Assembly (NCBI GenBank): GCA_951406725.2
Contig: OX597840.1
Span: 2,046,001-2,110,000 of the forward strand
Reading direction: 5' to 3'
Source of the DNA: Octopus vulgaris
Lineage: Eukaryota
DNA: 64,000 nt
Every line of letters starts with the position of its first letter. Position 1 is the stretch's first letter. Positions 23,897 through 38,541 of this stretch are shown piece by piece. The notes below the pieces were generated by a model. The model made no database searches, had not been told where the DNA came from, and saw only the letters and a list, made by a program, of their open reading frames with translations. The position numbers and the translations under genes were made by a program.

Positions 23897-24349
23897 TAAT
23901 AGATAGATTAATAGATAGATAGATAGATAGATGCCCATGCTTGGGGGTAGTCTAATGGCTGAAACTAATAAAAGAAAAAATACAAGTAAAAGAATATCAA
24001 AAATATTGAGTTCGTATGGTAATTACTCTGCTAACTACGACGGAGATCTTATCAACTTGGAACTATAAAATGGACTATATTCTATCTAAATTAATTAGAC
24101 ATTTTTCGCATGGACAGATGAGGACGGTAAGCAGCATGAACTTATATCTTCTCGGTGCCATATTCCAGCCCGCCAAATTCCCAGGTTTACTTGTGGATTT
24201 TGTCATCATATCGTCATAATTTAGAATGTGTAGAACATTGTATCGCCTGTCATGTTTTGCACACTGTTACACGGATGTCGTCAACAAATGTCATGGCAGA
24301 TTAGTAGACGCCTCGGATCAAACAATGTTAGTTCTAGCATTATATGATT

Positions 24350-24762
24350 GAGTGGCTGTGTGGTAAGTAGCTTGCTTACCAACCACATGGTTCCGGGTTC
24401 AGTCCCACTGCGTGGCACCTTGGGCAAGTGTCTTCTACTATAGCCGCGGGCTGACCAAAACCTTGTGAGTGGATTGGTAGACGGAAACTGAAAGAAACCC
24501 GTCGTATATATGTATATATATATATGTGTGTGTGTGTGCGTGTATGTCTGTGTATTTGTGTTTGTCCCTCTAGTATTGCTTGACAACCGATGCTGATGTG
24601 TCTATGTCCCCGTAAATTAGCGGTTCGGCAAAAGAGATCGATACAATAAGTACTGGGCTTACAAAAGAATAAGTCCCGGGTTCGAGTTGCTCGACTAAAG
24701 GCGGTGCTCCAGCATGGCCACAGTCAAATGTCTGAAACAAGTAAAAGAGCAAAGAGCAAAGA
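24350..24762 (+). mobile_element. SINE family 2 (tRNA head, CORE-like CACCTTGGGCAAGT, internal microsatellite, LINE-like tail)
   Basis: A box TGGCTGTGTGG, B box GGTTCAGTCCC, tail GGCGGTGCTCCAGCATGGCCACAGTCAAATG.CTGAAAC. Many copies in the window. Confidence 0.9.
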
Positions 24763-25086
24763 GATTCACTACATATACAATAAATGGAAGAGGGGATTCA
24801 TGGTGAAATGTAGGAGTGAGACGAAACCCTTCCTGTAGTTGGTTACCGACTCAGACTAGCAAACTGAAAACGCTGTATATCAAAACGAACAAATTACTAA
24901 AAATGGAGACCGAAACCGGATACTCTGAGTACAGTCGGCGAACAGAGATAGTCGGTCAGATCGAAAGAGTTCATTTGTTTCATACTGATTATCAGATTAA
25001 ATCAATTACCAACTCTCTCTCTCTGCTTCTATTTCTCTGTCACTATCTCTCTGTCCCTCTCTCTCCCTCTATGTGTATATAATCCT

Positions 25087-25145
<59 letters not shown>

Positions 25146-25224
25146 AGGAGGAAGGAATTATGCATACATGTGGTTACTTGTATACTTTTTTAAATCTCTA
25201 TTTATGTACGTTTACTTTAGTTGT

Positions 25225-25365
25225 GATATTTTTTCTTCCACTGATGCAGTTTCCGAGCATTCAGAATTATCTGATGAAACGTATATAAGATGTAAGATAT
25301 AAATGAATGACTTTTTCTTACTTCGAATTATTACACTTAGCTGGTTCCTTGTTCTCTGGTATCTG
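25225..25365 (+). pseudogene. degraded paralog of orphan-gene exon 2 with flanking intron
   Basis: TTCCGAGCATTCAGAATTATCTGATGAAACGTATATAAGATGTAAGAT is nearly identical to 7626-7672. The acceptor CAG has become CTG. Confidence 0.65.
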
Positions 25366-25431
25366 CAGTGTTCACACACATACACGCACACACACACGTA
25401 CGTACATAGACATATGCACACACGTAAATGC

Positions 25432-25489
<58 letters not shown>

Positions 25490-25618
25490 TGTGTGGGGGA
25501 AGTGAGAGTGTGGTAAAATCAAGCAATATACGATTCCATAAGTTGAGACAGTAAAGGTATATTAAAAACAAAAATTCCTGTGCTTTTATCATATATCAGC
25601 ACACTCGCAGACACACAC

Positions 25619-25690
<72 letters not shown>

Positions 25691-25788
25691 GCATATATGT
25701 ACGTACGTATGTATGTACGTATCCGTGTATCTATATATGTATATGTGTGTATGTATATATATATATATGTATGCATGATTATATATTG

Positions 25789-25831
<43 letters not shown>

Positions 25832-27011
25832 TATGTAAATGTACCTGTATACTTGTAGATTTATATATATAGACATGGCACTAATAGATTCCTCTTTTGT
25901 ACACTCTTTGGATGGTTGCATCAAATTTGCCAACGTGTCCGGCAGCGTGGGCGTGCATGTGAATGTGTGCATGTATATAAGTATTGAAATTACATTTTTT
26001 TACCCTTTTCGTGGCAGACGGCCGTGGACAAGCATATTTTGATGGTTAGTTAATATCGAATGCCCTTTCTGAAGATGTAATTCGAGCCTTGATCTTTTGT
26101 ATTTCAATGCAACGTATCTGTTCATCTAACAAGTATCGCATACACTGGCACTCGCCAGAGTCACAATATGCAAATAATATAAATATATATTTACACAAAT
26201 ATCTCTCACGTCTATATTTATATATATATGGATGTGTATGCAAGCACACAGAGGCACACACACACATATATACACACGCGCACATGCATACGTTAAGAGA
26301 CACATATAAATACACACATTTACGCACACTCATACACCCACACGTACACAAGCGCAGATATACACGCGCCCATTTAACATTAGTGATATTTCTGAAGCAA
26401 TAAATGGTTTCGCACCTTTTCTTCATTAGATACGATACCCCGATAGCCACCTAGTTATCCAACACCTCCTATTGGCCCTCACTGTAAATCAGTGATGGCG
26501 AAATATGATCCTATGATCCACTACTCTGCTGCGCCCTTAACACGAAGTCTAGTTAGAATTTTGCTGTGTGAACCCAAACAAAATGAAAGTGTGTATGTAC
26601 TTTGCTTTTTCTTTGTAATTCAGAATAAATGTTGACGTCCACCTCCTCTGTACCAATGCTGGGAAGGATAGTTTCTTACTTTGTTCATCATCCTTTAATC
26701 CCTTAGAAATCCTGCAGAATCTAATATTGTGATCATTTGTAGTGTATGACTTAAGGATTGGCATTCTCTCCCGTCCAGCCAATAAAGAAGGGGCTGTTAT
26801 CTAACCTGGATCCAAGGCTCCTTCATTGGAATTTCAACATCATCAAGATATTTTTGTATGTACGTATGTATGTATGTATGTATGTACGTATGTATGTATG
26901 TATGTATGTATGTATGTATGTATGTATGTATGTATGTATGTATGTATGTATGCATGTATGTATGTATGTATGTATGTATGTATGTATGTATGTATGTATG
27001 TATGTATGTAT

Positions 27012-27365
27012 GTCTTACGGGTGTATCATGCGCGGGGACAGAAATAATCGGACTGAATACCCGATCGCGCGGTTAAACCATTGGGAGTGAAGGACTCCTA
27101 GCCTTTGTTAGGGCATCCTTCAAGGAGAAGGTAACTGAGGTAACTGGGATAACTCTGACATAAAACCTGCGGCTCAGTGGTTACCGATGATGTTGACTTG
27201 TTCTTCTATTCGGATTATGGCTGCTGTTGCTTAGTGAGTGGGATTGACTCAGTGCACAGCCTTTCCTCACTTTAAAAAAAATCTTCTTGCACAGGCATTG
27301 CACGATAACAAAATTGATTAAGCTTCGTGCAATGGCCATACTCGATAACGAGGGGGCAGCCACCA
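27012..27365 (+). mobile_element. probable non-LTR retrotransposon 5'-UTR-like fragment inserted in (TATG)n
   Basis: Unique GC-richer island between (TATG)n tracts. AGGGCATCCTTCAAGGAGAAGGTAACT resembles LINE 5' UTR motifs. Confidence 0.35.
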
Positions 27366-27423
27366 TGTATGTATGTATGTATGTATGTATTTATGTATGT
27401 ATGTATGTATGTATGTATGCATG

Positions 27424-27454
<31 letters not shown>

Positions 27455-27529
27455 GTATGTATGTATGTATGTATGTATGTATGTATGTATGTATGTATGT
27501 ATGTATTTATGTATGTCTGTACGTATGTA

Positions 27530-27818
27530 TGTATACTTGCAGATCTGCATGTTTCGTTTTATGTATGTCTTCTCATGCATATACTTGCATGCTCATATAT
27601 GCATAAATGATAAAATTCTCGAAAGTTTACAGATTTTTTTACAGTTACAGTGATGGCTTGGATCTGTAGTCATCCAATCAGCTTTCTCCTTTCTGGTTTT
27701 GAGAAGCCTAATTTCTCAAAATTTGGTATTTAGACAGTGTGTTACATATCCCAGGGCCACAATAGGTACGGGTATAAACCTGAACTTGTTGTCTGGATAG
27801 AATAACCGCAGATTTCTC
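27530..27818 (-). mobile_element. R4/Dong-like (RLE) retrotransposon 3' end
   Basis: Minus strand, with frameshifts and a stop, reads LFYPDNKFRFIPVPIVALGYVTHCLN..EKLGFSKPERRKLI.LQIQAITVTVK. This resembles the RLE C-terminus. It runs into (CATA)n. Confidence 0.55.
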
Positions 27819-27896
27819 AATAGTTCAATAGATAAATAGAGAGGCAAACGGAGTGACAGACAGACAGATTGATAGATAGTTAGTTAGTTAGTTAGT

Positions 27897-28014
<118 letters not shown>

Positions 28015-28015
28015 T

Positions 28016-28063
<48 letters not shown>

Positions 28064-28065
28064 AA

Positions 28066-28270
28066 TGTGACCGCGTGTGTACCGTTGGCGATATTTTCCC
28101 TCTGTCTTCCCTTCTCTGGATCTTTCCTTCTCCTATGTTTCCGACGAAGAGCTCCGCTCGAAACGTTAAACCCTGCTTCTTTCCTTCTTTCCTGAGCGTC
28201 CAATAACACTATATTTGCTCCACGTCCTCACGTTGTATTTTCTCTTTGTGTTTTTATGTTTGGATTAACT
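28066..28270 (+). mobile_element. family A element (hammerhead-like motif 28137-28171)
   Basis: Homologous to 7850-8073. Confidence 0.75.
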
Positions 28271-28887
28271 ATATATAACAGACACTTTCTCATGATGATG
28301 TGCAATGAAACTGAGAACGTGTTTGCAGAGAGAGCTTGTAAAACACCCACCACACTCCAACCTACTCTGATGAATAATAATGTTTTTTTTCTCAAATACT
28401 ATTTGTGTTATGGTTGATATCATTTGTGAATATGAATTCGTAATGAAAGTATAGCTTAAAGCACGTTCTTAAGGGAAATGATTAGAATGGAATTCATCTA
28501 AAGCGAGAACTAAAGGTTGTTCATCATTGCTTTCAATCTATGGAGAAACAGTTAAATTGACTCTGTTTATATATATGTTCTGCCTTGTTTCCGTATATTA
28601 ATATCATACCTTGACACTGAGTGGATAGAAAACCCCGTTGGCAGGACGCTGATATTAAAAGGAAATGTTAAATACTTATCGTATGCAAATTAGTAGCTGT
28701 AGTTCTCTGTAGCTACGGGTCCTGATTATATAAACAGAGTGGTCTCATTTATTTCACTGGGATTTGTTGCAATGGTGTAGACATCGCTAATCAGATGTGA
28801 ATAAGGTTTGAAAATCGATTGAGGCTGTTCATTTTCTTCGTTTTTTTCCCTTAAGTCTATGGAGGAAGAGTTTAATTTGCCTTGTTA

Positions 28888-29075
28888 GTTCCGCCTTAGC
28901 AAAGGCGGAGGTATTCTTTTCAGTCGTGTTTATTTGACCGTGAACACGTATCTGAAGAACAGCGGGATGGATTCGGATGAAACTTTCATGGATGTTTGGC
29001 CTTGTAACTGGCACAAATTGATTAGATTTTGGGATCGATCCGGTACCGGACAAGGATTCTGGATTATTTTTTCTA
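28888..29075 (+). mobile_element. HINE/DINE-like (Helentron-associated) non-autonomous element fragment
   Basis: 5' hairpin TCCGCCTTAGCAAAGGCGGA, then GGATGAAACTTTCATGG and GATTAGATTTTGGGATCGATCCGG. Confidence 0.5.
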
Positions 29076-29373
29076 CTATTTTGTTAATAAACTTTTGAGG
29101 ACTTTCGAATGGATGGATGGATTCATGTGTATGTATTTATAAATATACACATCTGCATTTTCAGAGTAGAACTTTATTTAAGAATTATCATGTTTATAAA
29201 CGTGTGAAGGCATATCCATTGCCTGCATAAACACGCCAAAATAGTCATGCGTCTTTGACAAGAGAAAAGAAAAGAAGAGACAGATAAGAATGTATCTGGT
29301 CTGTAAGAAAGGCTGAAGGAAAGAAAGATGTCCACGCGAGGACAAGAAAGATAGACGATGGTCACGTGTGCGC

Positions 29374-29627
29374 AACGAGAGAGAGAGTAAAGAAGAAAGA
29401 GGGAGAGAGAGAGTGAGAGAGAGAGAGACAAGCAGGGTGTGTCTATTAAGGATACATTTATGAGTGAATGTCTTCGAATAAATATTATCGTTTTTTGTTG
29501 TGAGGAACGAGAGAGAGAGTAAAGAAGAAATAGGGAGAGAGAGTGAGAGAGAGGGAGAGGTAGTGTGTGTCTGTTAAGGATACATTTATGTGTGAATGCC
29601 TTCGAGTAAATATTATCGTTTTTTGTA
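29374..29627 (+). repeat. ~132-bp direct tandem duplication
   Basis: Two copies of GAGAGAGTAAAGAAGAAA...GGATACATTTATG...AAATATTATCGTTTTTTGT. Confidence 0.85.
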
Positions 29628-29869
29628 GTATGGGATTAAGCAGTTAAAGTGGTAATCTCAGTTTTTTCTAATCTTGTCATAAGGAAGACAATTTTAAAAG
29701 TAGAGAAAGATCATCAGTATACGACTTGCATTATTCTATCAAACACAAAAATACAAAATGCCAAGTTGGTCTCGGCGGGATTAGAACTCAGAAGGTTACC
29801 ATTCAGGAGATATACCGATGCCGTGGAAAATCAGCAATTTCGACGCCTTAATAATATTCTGAATAAGCA

Positions 29870-30175
29870 CATGATCGTCAACCATTTAATACGACGATGC
29901 CTACATAATAAAAAATTGAGAGAAACCAGAAAATCTTATTACAATATTCCTTTGCGATTAAGGCAGCCTATTTGACGATAACTTCTCGTAGGTTGCTCTT
30001 AGAGTTAATTCATTTGCGATCATAAATTTACTAATTATTATTTTAATTTATTGAAAAAATGACAGCTAATATAAAACAGCAGACATTCCTCGCATGTCTG
30101 CGTGCAGGAGCCAGGCAAATAACTGAAGCTATATGCCCGTGTTTAAAGAAACCAAAACCAGATGAAATGCACTTA
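29870..30175 (+). pseudogene. paralog of orphan-gene upstream region and exon 1 (ATG 30059, MTANIKQQTFLACLRAGARQITEAICPCLKKPKPDE), truncated by microsatellite
   Basis: Colinear homology to ~5800-6090, including upstream non-coding sequence. Confidence 0.7.
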
Positions 30176-30626
30176 CACAAACACACACACAAACACACAC
30201 ACAGAGATAGATAGATATATAGATAGATAGATACATACATACATACATACATATATACACTGATACAAAAATAGATAGATAGATAGATAGATAGATGACG
30301 GTGTTCCTATGCACACTAACATAAATTGTAAATGCATTTGGGAGACGGAAACCGAAATAAACCCGTCGTATACATATATATACATAATCATATATATTTT
30401 TTATGTATATACTTGTGTATATGCGTTAGTGGACCACAACAATCACTTGACAACCGATGTTGATGTGTTTTGAGTTGATGTGTTTTTAGCGGTTCGCCAA
30501 AAGAAACCGATAGAATAAGTACTAGGTTTACAAAGAATAACTCCAGGTGACGATGTGTTCGACTCACAAGGCGGTGGTCTAGCATGGCCGCAGTCAAATG
30601 ACTGAAATAAATAAAAGTGAAAAAGC

Positions 30627-30666
<40 letters not shown>

Positions 30667-30712
30667 CTATAAATAAGGGTATCTGAGAGTTACCACCATG
30701 CAGAAATAGCAG

Positions 30713-30847
30713 TCAAATCCCTGACTCTAAAAACCACCTTAAATATTCATGTCGCACTGTGTCTTATCTCAATATATTCAGTGTCTACATACAATTGACT
30801 TCTGTCCATATGAACATTTATGGTGGTTTTTAGAGTCAGGGATTTGA
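30713..30847. repeat. short inverted repeat
   Basis: TCAAATCCCTGACTCTAAAAACCACC / GGTGGTTTTTAGAGTCAGGGATTTGA. The loop segment recurs inverted at ~31239-31275. Confidence 0.75.
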
Positions 30848-30858
30848 TATGTGTGTGT

Positions 30859-30921
<63 letters not shown>

Positions 30922-31443
30922 TGTGTTAATTTATACATGTGTATATATAAACAAACGTATATATTTCTGAGCATGGCTGCAGTCTCATGACTGAAACAAG
31001 TAAAAGAATAGTAAATGAAAGTGCGTGTGCGTGCGTATCTTTCTCTCTGTGTGTGTGTATACAATCAATGGCACAAAATAGACGTATTCCGAAGGAGTTC
31101 AACTGTGTAATATAATCCACGTGCAATGGTGATCCCTAATTATAATACGCCATATTATAGTCGGAAAGCGGTCAAAAGTTCGGTGGGAGCGCGCAATAAG
31201 CAAATTCACGAACAAAATAAAGAAAAAGGGGAAAAAAAGGACAGAAGTCAATTGCACGTAGACACTGAATATATTACACTGACGCTAGGTATGTATGCCC
31301 GCATATATCCATATATTCAAATATGGTTATACTATACACTCGGAGACAGATTTATTTTCAAATTAAATCAGGAATATGTAAATATATCTCTTCTGTGTTT
31401 GTCCCTACGTGTGATTACGTGGAATTATATATATATGTGTATT

Positions 31444-31477
<34 letters not shown>

Positions 31478-31778
31478 ATATTAGGGTAATAAGAATGATA
31501 GAAATTTTTACTACCAGTGGTCTAGCGCAAAATAATTTAGTCAATAGACTATATATTATTCATATAAAACATCTTGTACATTAAAATACATTAAGAGACT
31601 TCTATCATAGGAAAACCTTGCGCTAGAAAGAACAGTTAAAGTCCAAACCACTAATTAGGGATAAATTCTCGAAGGGAATGAAAAATAAATACATTTACCA
31701 TCTAATTTAGTTCCCGGACCATGGTTTCTGGCTTATTTTACTGAAAAAAAGTGACCTCTGGCCGAAATCAGATCGCCA

Positions 31779-31981
31779 TGTTGATTCGTTAGTTACTGCA
31801 CGCATTTTTTTTCTCTCCTTCTTTCTGTTTTTTTTCTCTCTGTGTATCTTTCTGTTGAAGAGCGTAGGCTCGAAACGTTAAAGACTTGTTTTATTTATAT
31901 TTCCTGAGCGCCATACTAATACAATTGTTTGTTTGTTTCCCACCTGCCTTCGTCTTTTGTCTATTTTCATAAAGCTTCCCG

Positions 31982-31983
<2 letters not shown>
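31779..31983 (+). mobile_element. family B element (hammerhead-like motif 31847-31884)
   Basis: Near-identical to 8649-8852, with GAAACGTT. Confidence 0.75.
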
Positions 31984-32064
<81 letters not shown>

Positions 32065-33248
32065 ACTCCGTGTGTTAGTGTGTGGTGTGTGTGTATGTTA
32101 GTTTGTGTGTGTGCAGGGGTCTCATGTTTAATAGGAAAGATTAAAATGATGTTCTGAATCAACAAACGCACTCTCGCACAAAAAAAACAGATAAATATCC
32201 ATAGCAGAGTGTAACGTACGCAGACACAAACTGTCACACCTTCACATATACCGTAAATTCGCGGCTCGGCAAAAGTGGCAAATAGAAAAGTTACTAGATG
32301 CAGGCGTGGCTGTGTGGTAAGAAGTTGGCTTCCCAAGCATATAGCTCCAAGTTCCGTCCCATTACTTGGCAGCTTGGACAAGTGTCGTCTACTGTAGGCT
32401 CGAGCCGACCAAATCTCCTCACATTCCAAAAGCATTATTTAGCTTTAAGAAAGGTGGCATTTGTTATCATGGAGTTCTTAACTTCATGGTATAGATCACG
32501 ATGTAGACGATGGCTGTCTACTTACTTTCAATCTTCTTAAATGCATTTACCCAATTTTCTAAGCCGGCTGCACCGCCATCTTGCTTTCGAGAATAATTTT
32601 ATTTTTTGTAAAATGTAATAAATATTTTTTCGATTTCCTCGACTGAAAATTCTTCAAGCTAGCGGGCCAGCATCGCCGCAGTCCGGCGATTTAGAGACAA
32701 AAAAATGATAGGTATAGACTCTAACAAAATTCTCTAATATTGTCTTAAACGAAGCGACAAGTTCGCAAAACAATTAGCACACCGGAGAAATTTCTTAGCG
32801 ACATTTCGTCCATCATTACGCTCTGAGCTCAAATTCTGCTAAGGTTGTCATTGCTTTTCAACCATTCGGGGTCGATAAAATAGGCACCAGTAGAACACAG
32901 GGATCGATATTGGTATAACCGACTTGCAGCCTTGTACGAACTTGCTGGCCTTGCGCCAAAATTGGAAACCGATATTTCCTTGCAGAAAGGAATATCATCT
33001 TTTAATGACAATGAAGAGGATGTATCGGAAATCTGCAAGGAATTGGCAGAAAATGTGATGAAAGAAAGCGAAGTGGGGAAAGAAAGAAGGAGAGGAAAAC
33101 GAGATAAGTCAAGTTGATAGATACCTCATTTATATATCGAGACGCCTATAACAAGGTTTGAATGTATATATATATATATATAATGTCATTTTTCGGCATA
33201 TTTGGCATTAGAAATTTTTCGTTTGCCCTTATTTATGAATTGTTATAT

Positions 33249-33302
<54 letters not shown>

Positions 33303-33345
33303 ATATGTGTGTTTGTGTGTTTGTGTGTGTGCATGTATGTATGTA

Positions 33346-33444
<99 letters not shown>

Positions 33445-33534
33445 TAATAAATAACACATATATAAACATATATATAAACACATATATAAACATATATGTA
33501 CCTACCTACCTCTACATGTACATATACACGCATA

Positions 33535-33707
33535 TATGGGGTACAGGCCACCAAAAAGACGTCGAACACAATGAGAAACGAAAACATAGACACAAACCAA
33601 AGGAACTGGACATTTTTTAAACAACAAAAAAAGGTGTAGGACAATTAACACAAAGAAAAAAAACCCTTCTTCAGTCGCTATGGTTTCATCTACTCTACGT
33701 TTCGAAG
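33535..33707 (-). mobile_element. family C-related element
   Basis: Minus strand reads CTTCGAAACGTA...CTGAAGAAGGG...GGCCTGTAC. Confidence 0.55.
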
Positions 33708-34237
33708 ATGACTTGTGTGTGTATGAGTGTGTGTCATATGATATTGGTGGTCGACACATTACTGGTGAATAAATAATGTTTATGTCTGTGTTAACAAGGC
33801 TTCCAGGAGCTTCCAACGCAAATGGAGACGTGTATCAACGTTTCGTAAGGTTCGCTAGATAATTGCTGAATATTCTCAGCATGAAATAAACGGTAGCCTA
33901 GTTAACTCACTAATAAAGATTACAAATGCATGCATACAGACAAATATATATATGTATGTATATATATGCATGTGTATAAAACTACGTGTGTGTGTGTGTA
34001 TGGTACAAATCTTTTACCTTTTACTTGTTCCTGTCTCTGGATTGCAAACATGGGGCAGTGAATTGAAGCTTATAGTTACAAGATCCCAATGCTTACATTA
34101 AATTATGCTATATATTTGATCGGCTCCCTTTCTGTCATCCGCTAAGTTACGGAGACACACTGGCTACCAAACGTCGAGAGTGAACAAAAGCAAATAAATA
34201 CACCCACTCACACATCAGAGTTGTTGTATATGTATAA

Positions 34238-34273
<36 letters not shown>

Positions 34274-34354
34274 GTATAATATACATACATATATATATAT
34301 ATACACATACACACACACACACGCACGCACACAAAAACACACACGGACACACAG

Positions 34355-34386
<32 letters not shown>

Positions 34387-35017
34387 CCACAGAATGATCA
34401 TAGAAAGTGTGACCCCAAATGACATTTGCCAGGCCAACCTACGCACAACACACACTCAGTGACATCGAAATGGACGGCCAAAGTTCTTATAAAACCACAG
34501 GCGGTCCAGTAGACCAACGGAAATAACACTTCTTCACTCTCAGATATAAACGCGCACACACACACACGAACACACACATACACACACACACACACACACA
34601 TACACATACACACATTTTTTCTCTGTCTCACTTCCTCCTCACCCACTACTACAAAACTATAAAATGTTCAAACTTCCCACAACTGATTTGATTTGAAAAG
34701 CCCAATAGAATGGGAGCAAGCGCTAATCCGAAATCCGAATGATATGATATGATATATATGTAAAAAATGTAATATATAAATAAATATCTACAAATATGAA
34801 CCATCTGATCTGATTACCTCAATTTTTCTAATATATATATATATATATATATACTAAATAAATAGGGTTCAGCAAAGATTTGCTTTACCACATACCGAAG
34901 TTTAGAAATAACAGCCAAAAACCGTTAACTATTTCTTCTACTTTAAAAAGGGACTCCTAGAAAAATCAAAATACTTCAAAACAATCCACACAGGCAATAT
35001 ACATACATACATGTATG

Positions 35018-35060
<43 letters not shown>

Positions 35061-35140
35061 TATACATATATTATTTATATACATAGATATCATGATATGA
35101 TATATACAATATATTATATACATGATATATATATATTTAT

Positions 35141-35206
<66 letters not shown>

Positions 35207-35292
35207 ATATTATACATATATTATTTATATACATAGATATCATGATATGATATATACAATATATTATATACATGATATATATATATATATAT

Positions 35293-35334
<42 letters not shown>

Positions 35335-35738
35335 TCATACATACACAACAGGTTTATTTCTGTTCACAACTAGATCATATGCTTAGAAACCTTTTGTCGA
35401 CCCCGGAGGCTATAGTACACGACACTTGTGTAATTTGCCATCCGGTAAATCTGAATCCGATCCCATATGATCGGCAAACCCCCCTTTTACCACATAGCAA
35501 TGCCCAAGTATATACACACTGCCACGTGTAATTATATACTGGTTTGTGCCTTTCTTTATACACTAGCTTTTAGAGAAGCACATGCACATATGTTAGTTAA
35601 GGTATATCGCAATATTTGTAAAAGTGTACATACATGTGTAATGCCTTTCATATATACATTCGTATATATGTAGATATATGTGTCTAAGTTTGGGTGTGGA
35701 ACCCTATATATATCTATCTCAACATTACTAGAAGTATT

Positions 35739-35784
<46 letters not shown>

Positions 35785-36045
35785 TCTACATATATATATA
35801 CATATATATGTATATGTACATATATGTATATATATATATATTTGTTTATATGTATATTTCTTTGTAAATATCTACCTATCAATGATCTAGTCAATCTCTC
35901 TCCCACGCTCTTCCCCTCTCTCTATCTCTCTCTCCCTCTACACACACACACACGTATATATATATATATATATATATATAACTATATGTATATATATGCG
36001 TGTATATATTTATATAAATGTATACATTTATATAAATATATACAC

Positions 36046-36105
<60 letters not shown>

Positions 36106-36644
36106 GTACATATATTTGTATATGTGTATATAAGTATGAAAGTGTATGTATGTTCAACTTATGTAAACCGTCGTTGAAGATTCTGGCAAAAGAACGCAAT
36201 TATGAAATCCAGGGAAAGGACACAGGCATTTGATATCGCTCAGAACAATTTTTAATGACTGTACTTCAAAATGCACAATGTTTAATGGTTTGTTTCATAT
36301 GAAAAAGGCTTTGAACAAAACGTTGTTATCAACGTACTTGTTATTGTCATTATTATCTTTACCTCGAGGTTGTGATTTGACCGAACCATTAAATCACTGG
36401 ATATCCTTGTGTTATCTCAGGTACGATGTACTGAGTTCGAACTCTGCCAACGCCGTCTTTGAATTTTATACTTTTTTCGAAGTCATTATTAGAAATGTCG
36501 GATCTTTTTGGTTTGGAAATTTTTTTATAGCGGTGTCATATGAAATTGTCACCCATAATTATGACCCTAGTGGGATTCCTCGGGCAGGTGAAGGTGATGA
36601 ACTCACATTCGTATTTTGAATTTGGCGGCACTAGCACTGATACC

Positions 36645-36873
36645 TATTTCTTTATTACCCACAAGGGGCTAAACATAGAGGAGACAAACATGGACAGACA
36701 AATGGATTAAGTCGATTACATCAACTCCAGTGCGTAACTGGTACTTAATTTATCGACTCCGAAAGGATGAAAGGCAAAGTCTACCTCGGCGGAATTTAAA
36801 CTCACAACGTAACGGCAGCCGAAATACCGCTAAGCATTTCGCCCGACGTGCTAACGATTCTGCTAGGTCGCCG
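36645..36873 (-). mobile_element. SINE family 3 (tRNA head with Meta-domain-like GCCTTTCATCCTTTCGG.GTCGATAAA..AGTACCAG)
   Basis: Other copies at 63806-64000(-), 4437(-) and ~32790(+). Confidence 0.8.
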
Positions 36874-36937
36874 TTAGGTGGAGAGATAGTTTCCAGTACC
36901 TTCGAATGTAATATTTCATAATTAATATTGGAGGAAT

Positions 36938-37023
36938 CCAACGCTGATGAACCGAATATGATCGGGTAAGATATAATTATTTATTCTTTATACCGATGTA
37001 ATTCCGAAACGCGCGTACGTCGG
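36938..37023 (+). ncRNA. hammerhead-like motif with long stem II (family D; element ~36878-37205)
   Basis: CCAACG-CTGATGA-[~55-nt hairpin]-GAAA-CGCGCG-TA-CGTCGG, with palindrome ACGCGCGT. Confidence 0.65.
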
Positions 37024-37424
37024 TAACCTAATATCGATTGATTTTCGTTATTTTTCCCTTTTGCCTGCGTGGATTGTGTTCAAGTACTTTGGTTTTTCTG
37101 GGAGTCCCTTTTAAAGTAGAAGGAATAGCTAAGATTTTTTGACTGCTATTTCTAAACTTCGGTATGTGGTGAAGCAAATCTTTGCTGAACCCTGATCATC
37201 AAGTATATAAATATATATATGAGTGTGTAAGTCTTTGTGTGTTCGCCAATACTCTTTGACAACCGGTATGTATACGCATCCCCTAAGTTAGCAATTCGGC
37301 AAGAGGTACCGATAGGATAAGAACTTGGCTAAGCAAAATATCCGAGGGTCGATTTGTTGAATTAAAATACCTTAAATGCAGGACTACAGCATGTCTAATG
37401 AGAGTGTAATGAATAGAGACAGAA

Positions 37425-37483
<59 letters not shown>

Positions 37484-37487
<4 letters not shown>

Positions 37488-37679
37488 ACCACGTATGTAC
37501 CGTTGGCGATTTTTTTCCTGTCTTCTCTTCTCTGGATCTTTCCTTCTATGTTTCCGACGAAGAGCTCCGCTCGAAACGTTGAACCCTCCTTCTTTCCTTC
37601 TTTCCTGAGCGTCCAATAATACTATATTTGTTCCACGTCCTCGCGTTGTGTTTTTTTTTGTGCTTTCTTGTTTGGATTA

Positions 37680-37683
<4 letters not shown>
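37484..37683 (+). mobile_element. family A element (hammerhead-like motif 37550-37584)
   Basis: Homologous to 7850-8073, with (TA)n on both sides. Confidence 0.8.
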
Positions 37684-37738
<55 letters not shown>

Positions 37739-38393
37739 AGAGAGAGAGTGAGAGAGAGAGAGAGAGAAAGATACACTGACCGATGAATAGATAGATAGAA
37801 ACGTTTGTGTATCTTTAAGTGCTGGTACCAAAAGTTCATCGTCTTTTCTATTTAACTGTTTTTGTCGCGATATCGTTTATACTCTCTGCACTATTTTGCC
37901 TTCATTAGCAATCATTCTGTAATGATTCTGTACCTGTAATGACCACGTCGGCAACAATACATTTGACAGTGAACTTGTTGATTCCTCTAATTTTGAACTT
38001 CCAGATGTATTAAGTGTAAGATGTATTAAGTGTAAGATGTATGCTCTTTTCCCTCTTTTGCAGCACGGGCAGCCCCGTATCTTATGTATTTGGAATTTAA
38101 AAGCGTTCTCAATAAATAGTTTTATAGGCCATTTTCGTACCGTATGTTGCTCTTACTGTAGCGTTCTACAAATGTATTTTTAATAGATAGATTTCATAAA
38201 TCGGACATGTAGTTGCATTTCTGAAATAGCTTTCAAGCTGTTAAGATGTAGCAAATTTATGAGGTTCGTTTATGATAACCGATATTGGAACGCATATTAA
38301 ATAGCTGTTACATGCCTTGGCGGAATATTACACACAGTTCATATTTACCTACAGGCATATATATATATAAATACGCACACACAATATATATAT

Positions 38394-38459
<66 letters not shown>

Positions 38460-38493
38460 GTATATATGTATGCATATATCTATGTATATTCGC

Positions 38494-38541
<48 letters not shown>

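Noticed and set aside
24016-24219. ORF with a GTAAGC donor as first exon for the 25.2-kb paralog
   Set aside because: No clear homology to exon 1 and no independent support.
31713-31778. Further GAAA+palindrome remnants (31713-, 5140-, 47270-, 44930+, 28300+)
   Set aside because: Core or stem I is too decayed to support a call, so they were not counted as motifs.
35054-35280. ~75-bp direct duplication within TA-rich sequence
   Set aside because: Ordinary slippage or unequal exchange in a microsatellite, with no structural signal.
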